Assembly: GCA_937974825.1 (NCBI GenBank)
Contig: CALJVD010000033.1
Span: forward strand, 6,957-70,956
Length of the DNA: 64,000 nucleotides
Source of the DNA: an uncultured Oceanospirillaceae bacterium
GTDB lineage: Bacteria; Pseudomonadota; Gammaproteobacteria; Pseudomonadales; Oceanobacteraceae
Direction of reading: 5' to 3'
Shown here in pieces: positions 37,395-45,960 of this stretch; position 1 is the stretch's first letter, and the number at the start of each line of letters is the position of its first letter. A program made the position numbers and the translations under genes. The notes beneath the pieces were generated by a model. The model worked only from the letters and a program-made list of their open reading frames with translations, searched no databases and was not told where the DNA came from.

Positions 37395-38545
37395 TAGTTT
37401 GTCTCCCCTGTTATCTCAATACCGTCCATATAAGCCTTAAACACCTCTAAATATCGTGGAATCGGTAACAAGAACGCATCGTGCCCATGGTCTGATTCAA
37501 TACAGGCATAGCTAACGTCTTTATTGGCTTCGATAAGCGCGTTCACTATTTCTTCTGAGCGAGAAGGGTCAAAACGCCAGTCGGTAGTAAAGGAGACAAC
37601 TAAGAACTTACACTGCGACTGGGCTAAACAGGCGACTAAATCACCGTCACAGTCGGACGCTGGATCAAAGTAATCTAATGCGCGCGTCATTAACATATAG
37701 GTGTTGGCATCAAAGCTATTGCTGAACTTTTCACCCTGATAGTGTAAGTAGCTTTCGACTTCAAACTCAGGAGCAAAACTGTAGTTGTACTTACCGTACT
37801 TTAAATCACGACCAAACTTATTCCCCATGGATGCCGCTGATAAATAGGTAATATGGCCAAGCATACGCGCTTGCATTAAGCCGGTTTTAGGAATGGTGTT
37901 GTGTTCGTGGTAATAACCGTTATGGAAATCAGGGTCTTTACTGATGGCCTGACGAGCCACTTCGTTAAAGGCAATGTTTTGTGCTGATAATTTAGGCGCA
38001 GAGGCGATGATTAGCGCGTGATCTAAACGTTCTGGGTATTGAATAGACCAGCGTAAAACTTGCATGCCACCTAAAGAGCCACCGACCACCGCTGCCCATT
38101 TTTTAATGCCTAAATGGTCGGCAAGACGTGCTTGGCTAGTTACCCAGTCACGCACGGCTAGCATAGGAAACTCAGGGCCGTAGATCTTGCCTGTTTCTGG
38201 ATTGATGCTGGTGGGGCCCGTAGAACCAGAGCAGCCGCCTAAGTTGTTAAGACCGACCACAAAGTATTTATTCGTATCAATGGCTTTGCCAGGACCAATA
38301 GCACTGTCCCACCACCCTGGCTTTTTATCTTCCATGCTGTGATAACCAGCAACATGATGGTCGCCACTCAGCGCATGACAAATAAGAACAGCGTTACTTT
38401 TGTCTGCATTAAGAGTGCCGTAGGTTTCTACCATTAGATCGTAGCTAGGCAGTACTTTGCCACTACGCAGTGTTAATGGTTCAGAAAAATGAATAAGTTG
38501 TGGTGTGACTAGACCGACAGAATCTTCGGCAATTACTTCTGGCAT
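37394..38545 (-). CDS. metX: Homoserine O-acyltransferase MetX (acetyl or succinyl specificity not assignable)
   Basis: 383 aa, alpha/beta hydrolase with a GGSLGGMQ nucleophile elbow, ..[12 protein letters not shown].., and partner metW downstream. Confidence 0.9.
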   Translation of the reverse strand: MPEVIAEDSVGLVTPQLIHFSEPLTLRSGKVLPSYDLMVETYGTLNADKSNAVLICHALSGDHHVAGYHSMEDKKPGWWDSAIGPGKAIDTNKYFVVGLNNLGGCSGSTGPTSINPETGKIYGPEFPMLAVRDWVTSQARLADHLGIKKWAAVVGGSLGGMQVLRWSIQYPERLDHALIIASAPKLSAQNIAFNEVARQAISKDPDFHNGYYHEHNTIPKTGLMQARMLGHITYLSAASMGNKFGRDLKYGKYNYSFAPEFEVESYLHYQGEKFSNSFDANTYMLMTRALDYFDPASDCDGDLVACLAQSQCKFLVVSFTTDWRFDPSRSEEIVNALIEANKDVSYACIESDHGHDAFLLPIPRYLEVFKAYMDGIEITGETN

Positions 38546-38759
38546 AATAGATGGTGTTCCCAGTAGTTCTGACGCTGATAAGCTAAAAAGATCAGTTTAT
38601 CAGGCTTCAGTGGTAATCGCAGCTCTTACCGCGTTCAGTTTAAGGATGCGCAATAGTAAAAGTTTACTAGACTTAGACCTAAGTCGAGTTCACAGAGTCG
38701 TGATACTTACTTCTAATGAGCTTAATAAAAAAAACAATCATGTTGGAGCAAATGGGAAT

Positions 38760-40385
38760 ATGAAAAATACTATTTATAGTGCAGGGTTAGAAGCAAATAA
38801 TGCAAACACTGCAGCACTGTCTCCTCTGAGTTATTTACAACGTACCGCTCAAGTGTACCCGCATAAAGTGGCACAAATTCATCAGGAAACAAAATACACT
38901 TGGGCAGAAACCTACGAACGTTGTTCGCGTTTAGCCTCTGGTTTAAAAGACATGGGGATTGAAAAAGGCGATACCGTTTCGTTTTTATGCCCCAATACAC
39001 CTCCTTTATTTGAAGCGCACTTTGGTGTCCCTATGACGGGGGCAGTATTAAATGCCATCAACACGCGCTTAGACGCAGAAGCTATTGCCTTTATTTTAAA
39101 ACACGCCGAAAGCAAAATTTTATTTGTTGATCGTGAGTTCGGAGAACTAGCAGAACAAGCACTGGCATTATTAACAGACAAGCCAGAGATTGTGGCTATT
39201 GATGATCAGTATTATCGCGAAGGAAAGCTGATCTCTGAGCAAACCTACGAGGCGCTGTTAGAGCGTTCAAACCCTGAATTCCCAATCACGCTACCAGACG
39301 ATGAGTTTAATGCTATTACGTTAAACTATACTTCGGGCACTACTGGTAACCCGAAAGGGGTGGTTTACCATCATCGTGGTGCATACTTGAATGCAGCGAA
39401 CAATATTATTTCTTGGGATATGGGTAAGCATCCTGTGTATTTATGGATTCTTCCTATGTTCCATTGTAATGGTTGGTGTTTTCCGTGGACCATCGCAGCC
39501 TCTGGTGGTACCAGTGTCGCCTTACGTCACGTACGTGCTGAACCTATATATGACGCCATTAAAAATGACAAAGTGACGCATTTCTGTGGTGCCCCTATTG
39601 TTCTTAATATGATGAACAATGCGCCTGACGAAATGAAAGCCGGCATTGAACACTCTGTGAACGTGATGGTGGCTGGCGCAGCGCCACCCGCATCCGTTAT
39701 CGAAAACATGGAGTCTATGGGCTTTAATTTAACGCATGTGTACGGGTTAACTGAAACCTATGGGCCTTGTGTGCTATGTGAATGGGACAGCGACTGGAAC
39801 AGTAAGTCACCCTCGGAACGCGCTGCCTTAAAGGCTCGTCAAGGCGTTAAGTCAGTGATGCAAGAAGACTTAATGGTGGCCGACCCTATTACCATGCAGC
39901 CTGTAGAGAAAGACGGTAACACCATCGGTGAGATCTTCATTCGCGGTAACATTGTTATGAAGGGATACCTGAAAAACTACAATGCCACGAAAGAAGCCTT
40001 TGAAGGTGGCTGGTTCCATACCGGTGACTTAGCCGCTTGGCATCCTGACGGTTACATTGAAATTAAAGACCGCTCGAAAGATATTATTATTTCTGGTGGT
40101 GAAAATATTTCTTCTATCGAAATTGAAGACGTATTGTACCGTCACCCTGATGTAGAAGAAGCTGCTGTGGTAGCACGCCCTGATGAAAAATGGGGTGAAA
40201 CGCCTTGTGCTTTCGTTAAGCTTAAGCCGAACTCTAATGCAACGGTCGACGATGTTATTGAGTTCTGTCGTGCCAATATGGCGAGCTTTAAGGTGCCCAA
40301 GCATATTATTTTTGGAGAGTTACCTAAAACATCGACGGGTAAAATTCAAAAATTTGTTTTGAGAACCCAAGCAAAAGAAGTCTAA
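38760..40385 (+). CDS. AMP-dependent acyl-CoA synthetase/ligase
   Basis: About 541 aa with the AMP-binding motif YTSGTTGNPKGVVYHHRG, then YGLTETYG, GWFHTGDLA and PKTSTGKIQKF. The track ORF begins 255 nt further upstream and overlaps divergent metX. The ATG at 38760 (MKNTIYSAGLE...) fits family N-termini. Confidence 0.85.
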   Translation: MKNTIYSAGLEANNANTAALSPLSYLQRTAQVYPHKVAQIHQETKYTWAETYERCSRLASGLKDMGIEKGDTVSFLCPNTPPLFEAHFGVPMTGAVLNAINTRLDAEAIAFILKHAESKILFVDREFGELAEQALALLTDKPEIVAIDDQYYREGKLISEQTYEALLERSNPEFPITLPDDEFNAITLNYTSGTTGNPKGVVYHHRGAYLNAANNIISWDMGKHPVYLWILPMFHCNGWCFPWTIAASGGTSVALRHVRAEPIYDAIKNDKVTHFCGAPIVLNMMNNAPDEMKAGIEHSVNVMVAGAAPPASVIENMESMGFNLTHVYGLTETYGPCVLCEWDSDWNSKSPSERAALKARQGVKSVMQEDLMVADPITMQPVEKDGNTIGEIFIRGNIVMKGYLKNYNATKEAFEGGWFHTGDLAAWHPDGYIEIKDRSKDIIISGGENISSIEIEDVLYRHPDVEEAAVVARPDEKWGETPCAFVKLKPNSNATVDDVIEFCRANMASFKVPKHIIFGELPKTSTGKIQKFVLRTQAKEV

Positions 40386-40394
40386 ATCAAAGAC

Positions 40395-40427
40395 AAAGGC
40401 CCTTTAATCATAAAGGGCCTTTTTTTT
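40395..40427 (+). terminator. Intrinsic terminator after the acyl-CoA synthetase gene
   Basis: Perfect 12-bp stem AAAGGCCCTTTA / TAAAGGGCCTTT followed by a T-run. Confidence 0.85.
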
Positions 40428-40501
40428 GGGCTATCTGATTAAGTTATAACCTATTATAATTCCGAGCGTTAATTTTAATTCACTAAATAAATGAGGGAAT
40501 T

Positions 40502-41221
40502 ATGCGTCATTTTTTAAAGGTATTGCCAGTTGTGTTTTTATTGCAACCAGCATTTGCTGAAGATGCTGTGTGGGGTGGCTCTGCTGAACTGGGTTCGGTT
40601 TGGACTACCGGTAACACCAAAACAACCAGTATTAACGGTCAAGTTGATGCTCAGCGTGATGGTGAAGTATGGGACACTAAAATTAAACTAAGTGCCCTAG
40701 GTAGTAGTGAAGAAGACGAAAACGGTGTTAGCGTTACATCTAAAGAAAAGTATACCGGTTTGTTACAGTTTAACCGTGACTATACTGAGCGCTCGTATGT
40801 AGCCATTGTTGGTCAACAAGATCGTGACCGTTTTAGTGGATTCAAGTATCAAGGCACTGTGTCTGCTGGTTATGGTTATCATGCCATTGCTAAAGACAAC
40901 ATGACATTAGACCTTGAGGCCGGCCCCGGTTATAGCCGTGAGCGTGAGCGTGTAACAGGTAAGATTTACGAAGAAGCAATTGCTCGTTTAGTGGCTAACT
41001 TTAGTTGGACCATTCGTGAAGGCGTTGAGTTCTATGAAGAGTTCTCTGCTATTGTGGGTGATGACAACCAAATTTACCGTTCAGAAACGGGTCTAAAAAG
41101 CCAAATCAATGGCAGCTTAGCGACCAAAATCACTTATAAAACCAAGCACGTTGCAGAAGTACCTGTAGGTTCTAAAAAAACCGACGGCGAGTTTGGTGTA
41201 ACCTTAGTGTATAGCTTCTAA
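40502..41221 (+). CDS. DUF481 outer-membrane beta-barrel protein (YdiY-like)
   Basis: Signal peptide, GGSAELGSVWTTGNTKTTS motif, alternating beta pattern and a C-terminal ..LVYSF. Confidence 0.7.
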   Translation: MRHFLKVLPVVFLLQPAFAEDAVWGGSAELGSVWTTGNTKTTSINGQVDAQRDGEVWDTKIKLSALGSSEEDENGVSVTSKEKYTGLLQFNRDYTERSYVAIVGQQDRDRFSGFKYQGTVSAGYGYHAIAKDNMTLDLEAGPGYSRERERVTGKIYEEAIARLVANFSWTIREGVEFYEEFSAIVGDDNQIYRSETGLKSQINGSLATKITYKTKHVAEVPVGSKKTDGEFGVTLVYSF

Positions 41222-41321
41222 TACAAGCTCTAGTATTAAGTGTTTATGCGTAAAGGCAGCTGATTTGGCTGCTTTTATGTTTAAAGAGTATTCTTTTTAT
41301 TAATTACCAGTCATTAAACTT

Positions 41322-41912
41322 ATGTCCGACGATATTTCAGACGATCTATTTTTACAAGAAATGCAGGGCGTAAAGCCATTAAAGGCTAAAAGCAAAGTTA
41401 ATCTTGTAAAAAAGACCACCGATAAAGCGACTGTGAATATTCGCCGTCAAGCGGCAGAAAAGCATGCAGTGGTTGATAGCATAGGTTTTTCTACTATATC
41501 GCAAGTGCCACAGGTAGGCGCGCACGATGTACTAGGTTATAAGCGCCCAGGTATACAAGACGGTGTGTTTCGCAAACTGCGTTTGGGGCGTTACGAAATA
41601 GAAGCTCGATTAGATTTACACAGAAGAACATTAGAACAAGCACATAGTGAAATAGAACGATTTATTCACGACTGCATGAGCCATGATATTCGTACGGTAT
41701 TAATTTTACCGGGTAAGGGTGATAGAAACGAAATGACGCCCGCCGTTCTGAAAAGCCATTTAGCCTACTGGTTAAAGGATTATGATGAAGTGCAGGCGTA
41801 TCATACGGCTCAGCCACAACATGGTGGTGCTGGTGCGTTTTATGTTTTATTGCGTAAAAGTGAACGTAAAAAGCAATTAGCCAGAGAACAGTTTTCTAAA
41901 GGGCGTTTGTAG
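41322..41912 (+). CDS. smrB: Smr-domain endonuclease (SmrB-like)
   Basis: 196 aa with LDLHRRTLEQA...VLILPGKG (Smr LDLHG-like and HGxG-like motifs). The overall layout resembles E. coli SmrB. Confidence 0.7.
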   Translation: MSDDISDDLFLQEMQGVKPLKAKSKVNLVKKTTDKATVNIRRQAAEKHAVVDSIGFSTISQVPQVGAHDVLGYKRPGIQDGVFRKLRLGRYEIEARLDLHRRTLEQAHSEIERFIHDCMSHDIRTVLILPGKGDRNEMTPAVLKSHLAYWLKDYDEVQAYHTAQPQHGGAGAFYVLLRKSERKKQLAREQFSKGRL

Positions 41913-41943
41913 CCCAACCTTACCATTTCTTTCGGTGATGGAA

Positions 41944-42732
41944 TTAACGGTTTTTCAGCATTTCTTGCCTAGTCTTCCATTCATTCTGTGCTTCAACCGT
42001 TAGTGCTTCAGGCCAGTTTTCATCCACGGCTTGTCGTAACGCTGCGTTTAACTTTTCTCTTACCCGCGGAGTGTTACACTTGGAGTTTTTACTAAGCGCA
42101 AGGTAGACCAATTCGGTACTCACCGGCATGGGTAATGTAACAACGTCCTGTGTCCCTAATTGCAAAGCATAGGCTTCACCAGGAGCGCGTGCGTACACCA
42201 AATAGTCGACACGTTTCTCTTCAAGCATTTTCAGCGCTTGATGAATGCTGCTCACTTTATTCAGGGTTAAATGCTCGGTGGCATAGTCATCAAACTCTTG
42301 CCCAAGGCTGTGTCCTAAAACAGTTAAACCAGAGTAACCTTTAAGGTCTTCCCATGTTTTGAAGTCGAATTTTTTAGACTTATTCACCCAAACCGCTGTA
42401 TCAGTCTTGATAAGTTCTGGGTGCAAATAGTCGAGCCAAGAGGTTCTATCTTCGGTATAAAAAACAGCGATTAAATCAATATTGCCATCATGAATCTGGG
42501 ATTGAGTTCGCAGCCAAGGACCGGCATAAACCACATCGATATCAATCCCCGATACTTTGCTAATACGCTCAGAGAACGATACCAGTAAGCCTGCTAGCTG
42601 AATTGGCTGAGTGTTTGTTTGCCATAAATAAGGCGGATACTCTGGGTTACTACTAACGGTCAAGCGAGTACATTCTTTGGCATAAGACAGTGATGGAATA
42701 ACAAGTAGTAAACAAAAAAAAGCTCTAAGCAT
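41944..42732 (-). CDS. Periplasmic solute-binding protein (type 3 / polar amino-acid SBP fold), orphan
   Basis: 262 aa with a signal peptide and an SBP_bac_3-like pattern (..SSNPEYPPYLW...DLIAVFYTEDR..). No ABC permease or ATPase gene is adjacent. Confidence 0.65.
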   Translation of the reverse strand: MLRAFFCLLLVIPSLSYAKECTRLTVSSNPEYPPYLWQTNTQPIQLAGLLVSFSERISKVSGIDIDVVYAGPWLRTQSQIHDGNIDLIAVFYTEDRTSWLDYLHPELIKTDTAVWVNKSKKFDFKTWEDLKGYSGLTVLGHSLGQEFDDYATEHLTLNKVSSIHQALKMLEEKRVDYLVYARAPGEAYALQLGTQDVVTLPMPVSTELVYLALSKNSKCNTPRVREKLNAALRQAVDENWPEALTVEAQNEWKTRQEMLKNR

Positions 42733-42809
42733 GGTTATTTTTCTCGTTTAATATTGTAGTTATGCCATTAAGTTTAGTCAGAAAACACAAAAGGTGCATA
42801 AAGTATTTG

Positions 42810-43553
42810 TCAGACCTTTGCTTCTGATTGCTTAGTCATAGCAAACACTTCTTGGTCTAAACGTTCGACACCTTGCTCAATTTGATTTCTACATTCTGTC
42901 AAAAGGTCGTTAATATCTGTCGGTTTTAGGCCTTTGGTATCGATAGGGTCTAAGAACTCAGATAGAACAATGCCAGCCTTCCAGCGGTTAATATCAACGT
43001 GCTTATGCGTGCTGCTAAAAACAACGGGTACGATCGGGAGTCCAGATTCTACTGCTAATACAAAGGCGCCCTTTTTAAAGGGCAGCAATCCTTTACCTCT
43101 ACTGCGGGTCCCTTCAGGGAACATGTAAATAGAGTTGCCTCGTTCACGAATGGTTTTGCTCACTTCTGCCAGAGCGGCTTTGGCCTTAGAGCGATCGCTA
43201 CGATTAATGAAAATATTGCCAGCCAGCCAGAAAGCTACCCCAAAGATAGGCACATACTTAAGGCTATGCTTACCTAAAATGGCGATGTTATCGGGCATAA
43301 CATTAGGGTGTAAAAAGATATCTAGGGTATCTTGGTGGTTACTAATATAAATGGCCGGTTGGTCAGCTGCGATCGGCGATTGGTTCTTTTTAATATGGTT
43401 AATACCCAGTACAGGTAAAGACCAAGACATCATTCGCGCCAGTTTACTGGTGTTATTTAAACGGCGTGGAAAAATAAGACAGTAAAGAACTGCGTAAGCG
43501 CAGATAACTAAAAAGTGAATGACTAAATATACTGCACGTAATAAGTACAACAT
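42810..43553 (-). CDS. plsC: 1-acyl-sn-glycerol-3-phosphate acyltransferase
   Basis: 247 aa with an N-terminal TM segment, the HX4D motif (NHQDTLD) and FPEGTRS. Confidence 0.85.
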   Translation of the reverse strand: MLYLLRAVYLVIHFLVICAYAVLYCLIFPRRLNNTSKLARMMSWSLPVLGINHIKKNQSPIAADQPAIYISNHQDTLDIFLHPNVMPDNIAILGKHSLKYVPIFGVAFWLAGNIFINRSDRSKAKAALAEVSKTIRERGNSIYMFPEGTRSRGKGLLPFKKGAFVLAVESGLPIVPVVFSSTHKHVDINRWKAGIVLSEFLDPIDTKGLKPTDINDLLTECRNQIEQGVERLDQEVFAMTKQSEAKV

Positions 43554-43652
43554 GGCTTGATCTACCTAATTGTGAAGTAGTGCAGAGAGCACCATTGTTT
43601 TAATAATTTTAATAATTAGTTTATAACAAGGTGCTCAGAAGTCTCTACTGTT

Positions 43653-45170
43653 TTAGCGTAGGAATAACTGATATGCCGTATTTTCAGACTCATCCCAATA
43701 AGGGTAATTCAAGTCTTTTAGATAGGATAAGAGTTGCTCTTGCTTGTCGGCAGGTACTTGTAAGCCAACAAACACACGCCCGTACGCCGCACCGTGGTTA
43801 CGATAGTGAAACAGAGAAATATTGAATTGCTTACCCAGTTTCTTTAAGAAATTTAATAACGCGCCAGGGCGCTCAGGGAATTCAAAGCGGTATACCTGTT
43901 CGTTATCAACGGTTGCAGGTGCGTGCCCACCCACCATATGGCGAACATGATATTTAGCTGTTTCATCGTCGGTAATGTCTTGCACTGGGTAATCATCAGC
44001 GCTGAGTTCGTCAATTAACGCTTGGCGAGAGCCTGGTTCAGCGCCTACCTTAATGCCTACAAAAATCTGCGCTTGATTATCATCACTGTAACGATAGTTA
44101 AATTCAGTGATAGGACGTTTGCCAATTAAACTACAGAAACGTTGGAAGCTGCCCGGAGTTTCAGGAATGGTAACGCCTAAAATAACTTCACGACCTTCAC
44201 CAATTTCGGCGACTTCAGAAATATAACGCAGGCGGTCAAAGTTTAGGTTAGCGCCACTTAGTACCGCAACAAAGTTTTGGTTTTCGCAACCTTCGCGCTC
44301 GATATAGTTTTTTATACCGGCAACACTAAGAGCACCTGCAGGCTCACAGACAGCACGGGTGTCATCGAACACGTCTTTAATAGCGGCGCAAATTTCATCA
44401 GGGGTAGCAGTAATAACATCATCAATAGTGTCTTTTAAAATTTCCCACGTGTTTTTACCAATTTGGGCAACCGCCACCCCGTCAGCAAAGATACCAACCT
44501 GCGGCAGGGTAACACGTCGATTCTTTTTAATTGCCATCGCTAGACAAGGCGACTCCGTACTTTCTACAGCAATAACTTTAATTTCTGGGCGAAGTGCTTT
44601 GATGTACGCCGCCATGCCTGCTGCTAGGCCACCGCCACCGACTGGAATAAAAATGGCGTCAATGGGGCCGCTATGCTGACGTAAGATCTCCATGGCGACA
44701 GTACCTTGGCCTGCAATCACTTCAGGGTCATCGTAGGGGTGCACGTAAGTCATGCCTTTTTCTTCGACCAGCTTCTGTGAATGTTCAAAAGCCTCATCAA
44801 AGGAGTCGCCATGTAGCACGACGCGCGCACCACGCGCTTTGACAGAACGCACCTTGATGTCGGGTGTCGTGCGTGGCATAACGATAGTGGCTTTAATGTT
44901 TAGCTTTTGAGCAGATAAGGCAACCCCTTGAGCGTGGTTGCCTGCGGAGGCGGTGATTACCCCCTTGGCTTTTTCTTCGTCGGTTAGTTGAACAATTTTG
45001 TTGTAAGCACCACGCAGTTTAAAAGAGTAAACAGGTTGTTGGTCTTCACGTTTCAGCCAAATTTGATTACCTGAACGCTCTGATAAAAATGGAGCAATAT
45101 GTAGCGGCGATTCGATGGCAACATCATAAACACGCGCGGCTAGTATCTTTTTGAGGTAATCGTTTAACAT
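43653..45170 (-). CDS. ilvA: Biosynthetic threonine ammonia-lyase (threonine dehydratase)
   Basis: About 505 aa with the PLP-Lys motif YSFKLRGAYN, GGGGL and two C-terminal regulatory repeats. The start is taken at Met16 of the track ORF (MLNDYLKKILAARVYDV..). Confidence 0.92.
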   Translation of the reverse strand: MLNDYLKKILAARVYDVAIESPLHIAPFLSERSGNQIWLKREDQQPVYSFKLRGAYNKIVQLTDEEKAKGVITASAGNHAQGVALSAQKLNIKATIVMPRTTPDIKVRSVKARGARVVLHGDSFDEAFEHSQKLVEEKGMTYVHPYDDPEVIAGQGTVAMEILRQHSGPIDAIFIPVGGGGLAAGMAAYIKALRPEIKVIAVESTESPCLAMAIKKNRRVTLPQVGIFADGVAVAQIGKNTWEILKDTIDDVITATPDEICAAIKDVFDDTRAVCEPAGALSVAGIKNYIEREGCENQNFVAVLSGANLNFDRLRYISEVAEIGEGREVILGVTIPETPGSFQRFCSLIGKRPITEFNYRYSDDNQAQIFVGIKVGAEPGSRQALIDELSADDYPVQDITDDETAKYHVRHMVGGHAPATVDNEQVYRFEFPERPGALLNFLKKLGKQFNISLFHYRNHGAAYGRVFVGLQVPADKQEQLLSYLKDLNYPYWDESENTAYQLFLR

Positions 45171-45282
45171 GGTTTTATCCAACAAATTAGTAATATTTAA
45201 AATAAATACGTACAAGGGCAGGCATTGTAGCGCATCAAGCCTTATAATTCGTAAAAATCATTCAGCATAAACAGGCAAGGTT

Positions 45283-45957
45283 ATGAGTCAAGACAGTTTA
45301 AAGCAAGCAGCAGCAGAAGCAGCCGTCGCTTATATTCGTCCTTATTTAGAAAGTGACACCGTCATCGGTGTAGGATCAGGTTCGACAGTCAATTATTTTA
45401 TTGATGCTTTAGCTAAAGACAAGCATTTATTTGCAGGCGCAGTCGCGAGCTCTCAAGCAACGGCTGATCGTTTAGAGCAGCACGGAATTGAAGTGATGGA
45501 TCTAAACTTAGTGTCGCACTTAGACTTTTATATCGATGGCGCCGATGAAATTAACCGTAATCTGGAAATGATTAAAGGTGGCGGTGCTGCGCTAACGCGT
45601 GAAAAGATTGTCGCGGCGGTGGCTCGTCGCTTTATTTGTATTGCTGATAACTCAAAGTTAGTCGACCGATTAGGCAAATTCCCATTGCCTATCGAAGTGA
45701 TTCCTATGGCGCGTTCTTATGTGGCACGTGAAGTGGTTGGTTTGGGCGGAAACCCTGTTTACCGTGAAGGTGTTGTGACTGACAATGGTAACCATATATT
45801 AGACGTGCATAATATATTTATTGATTCAGCCATGTACCTTGAAAAACGCCTGAATCAAATTACCGGTGTGGTAACCAACGGATTGTTCGCACGCAGAAAC
45901 GCTGATGTCTTGTTGTTGGCTACCCATAATGGCGTAGAAACGATCGTGGCGAAATAA
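45283..45957 (+). CDS. rpiA: Ribose-5-phosphate isomerase A
   Basis: 224 aa with [14 protein letters not shown] and [12 protein letters not shown]. Confidence 0.92.
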   Translation: MSQDSLKQAAAEAAVAYIRPYLESDTVIGVGSGSTVNYFIDALAKDKHLFAGAVASSQATADRLEQHGIEVMDLNLVSHLDFYIDGADEINRNLEMIKGGGAALTREKIVAAVARRFICIADNSKLVDRLGKFPLPIEVIPMARSYVAREVVGLGGNPVYREGVVTDNGNHILDVHNIFIDSAMYLEKRLNQITGVVTNGLFARRNADVLLLATHNGVETIVAK

Positions 45958-45960
45958 ACG

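Noticed and set aside
38505-38759. 85-codon N-terminal extension of the acyl-CoA synthetase ORF, overlapping the metX start
   Set aside because: The extension has no similarity to the AMP-binding family N-terminus and overlaps the divergent metX coding region. The family-typical sequence begins at the Met at 38760, and the region is better explained as a divergent promoter region.
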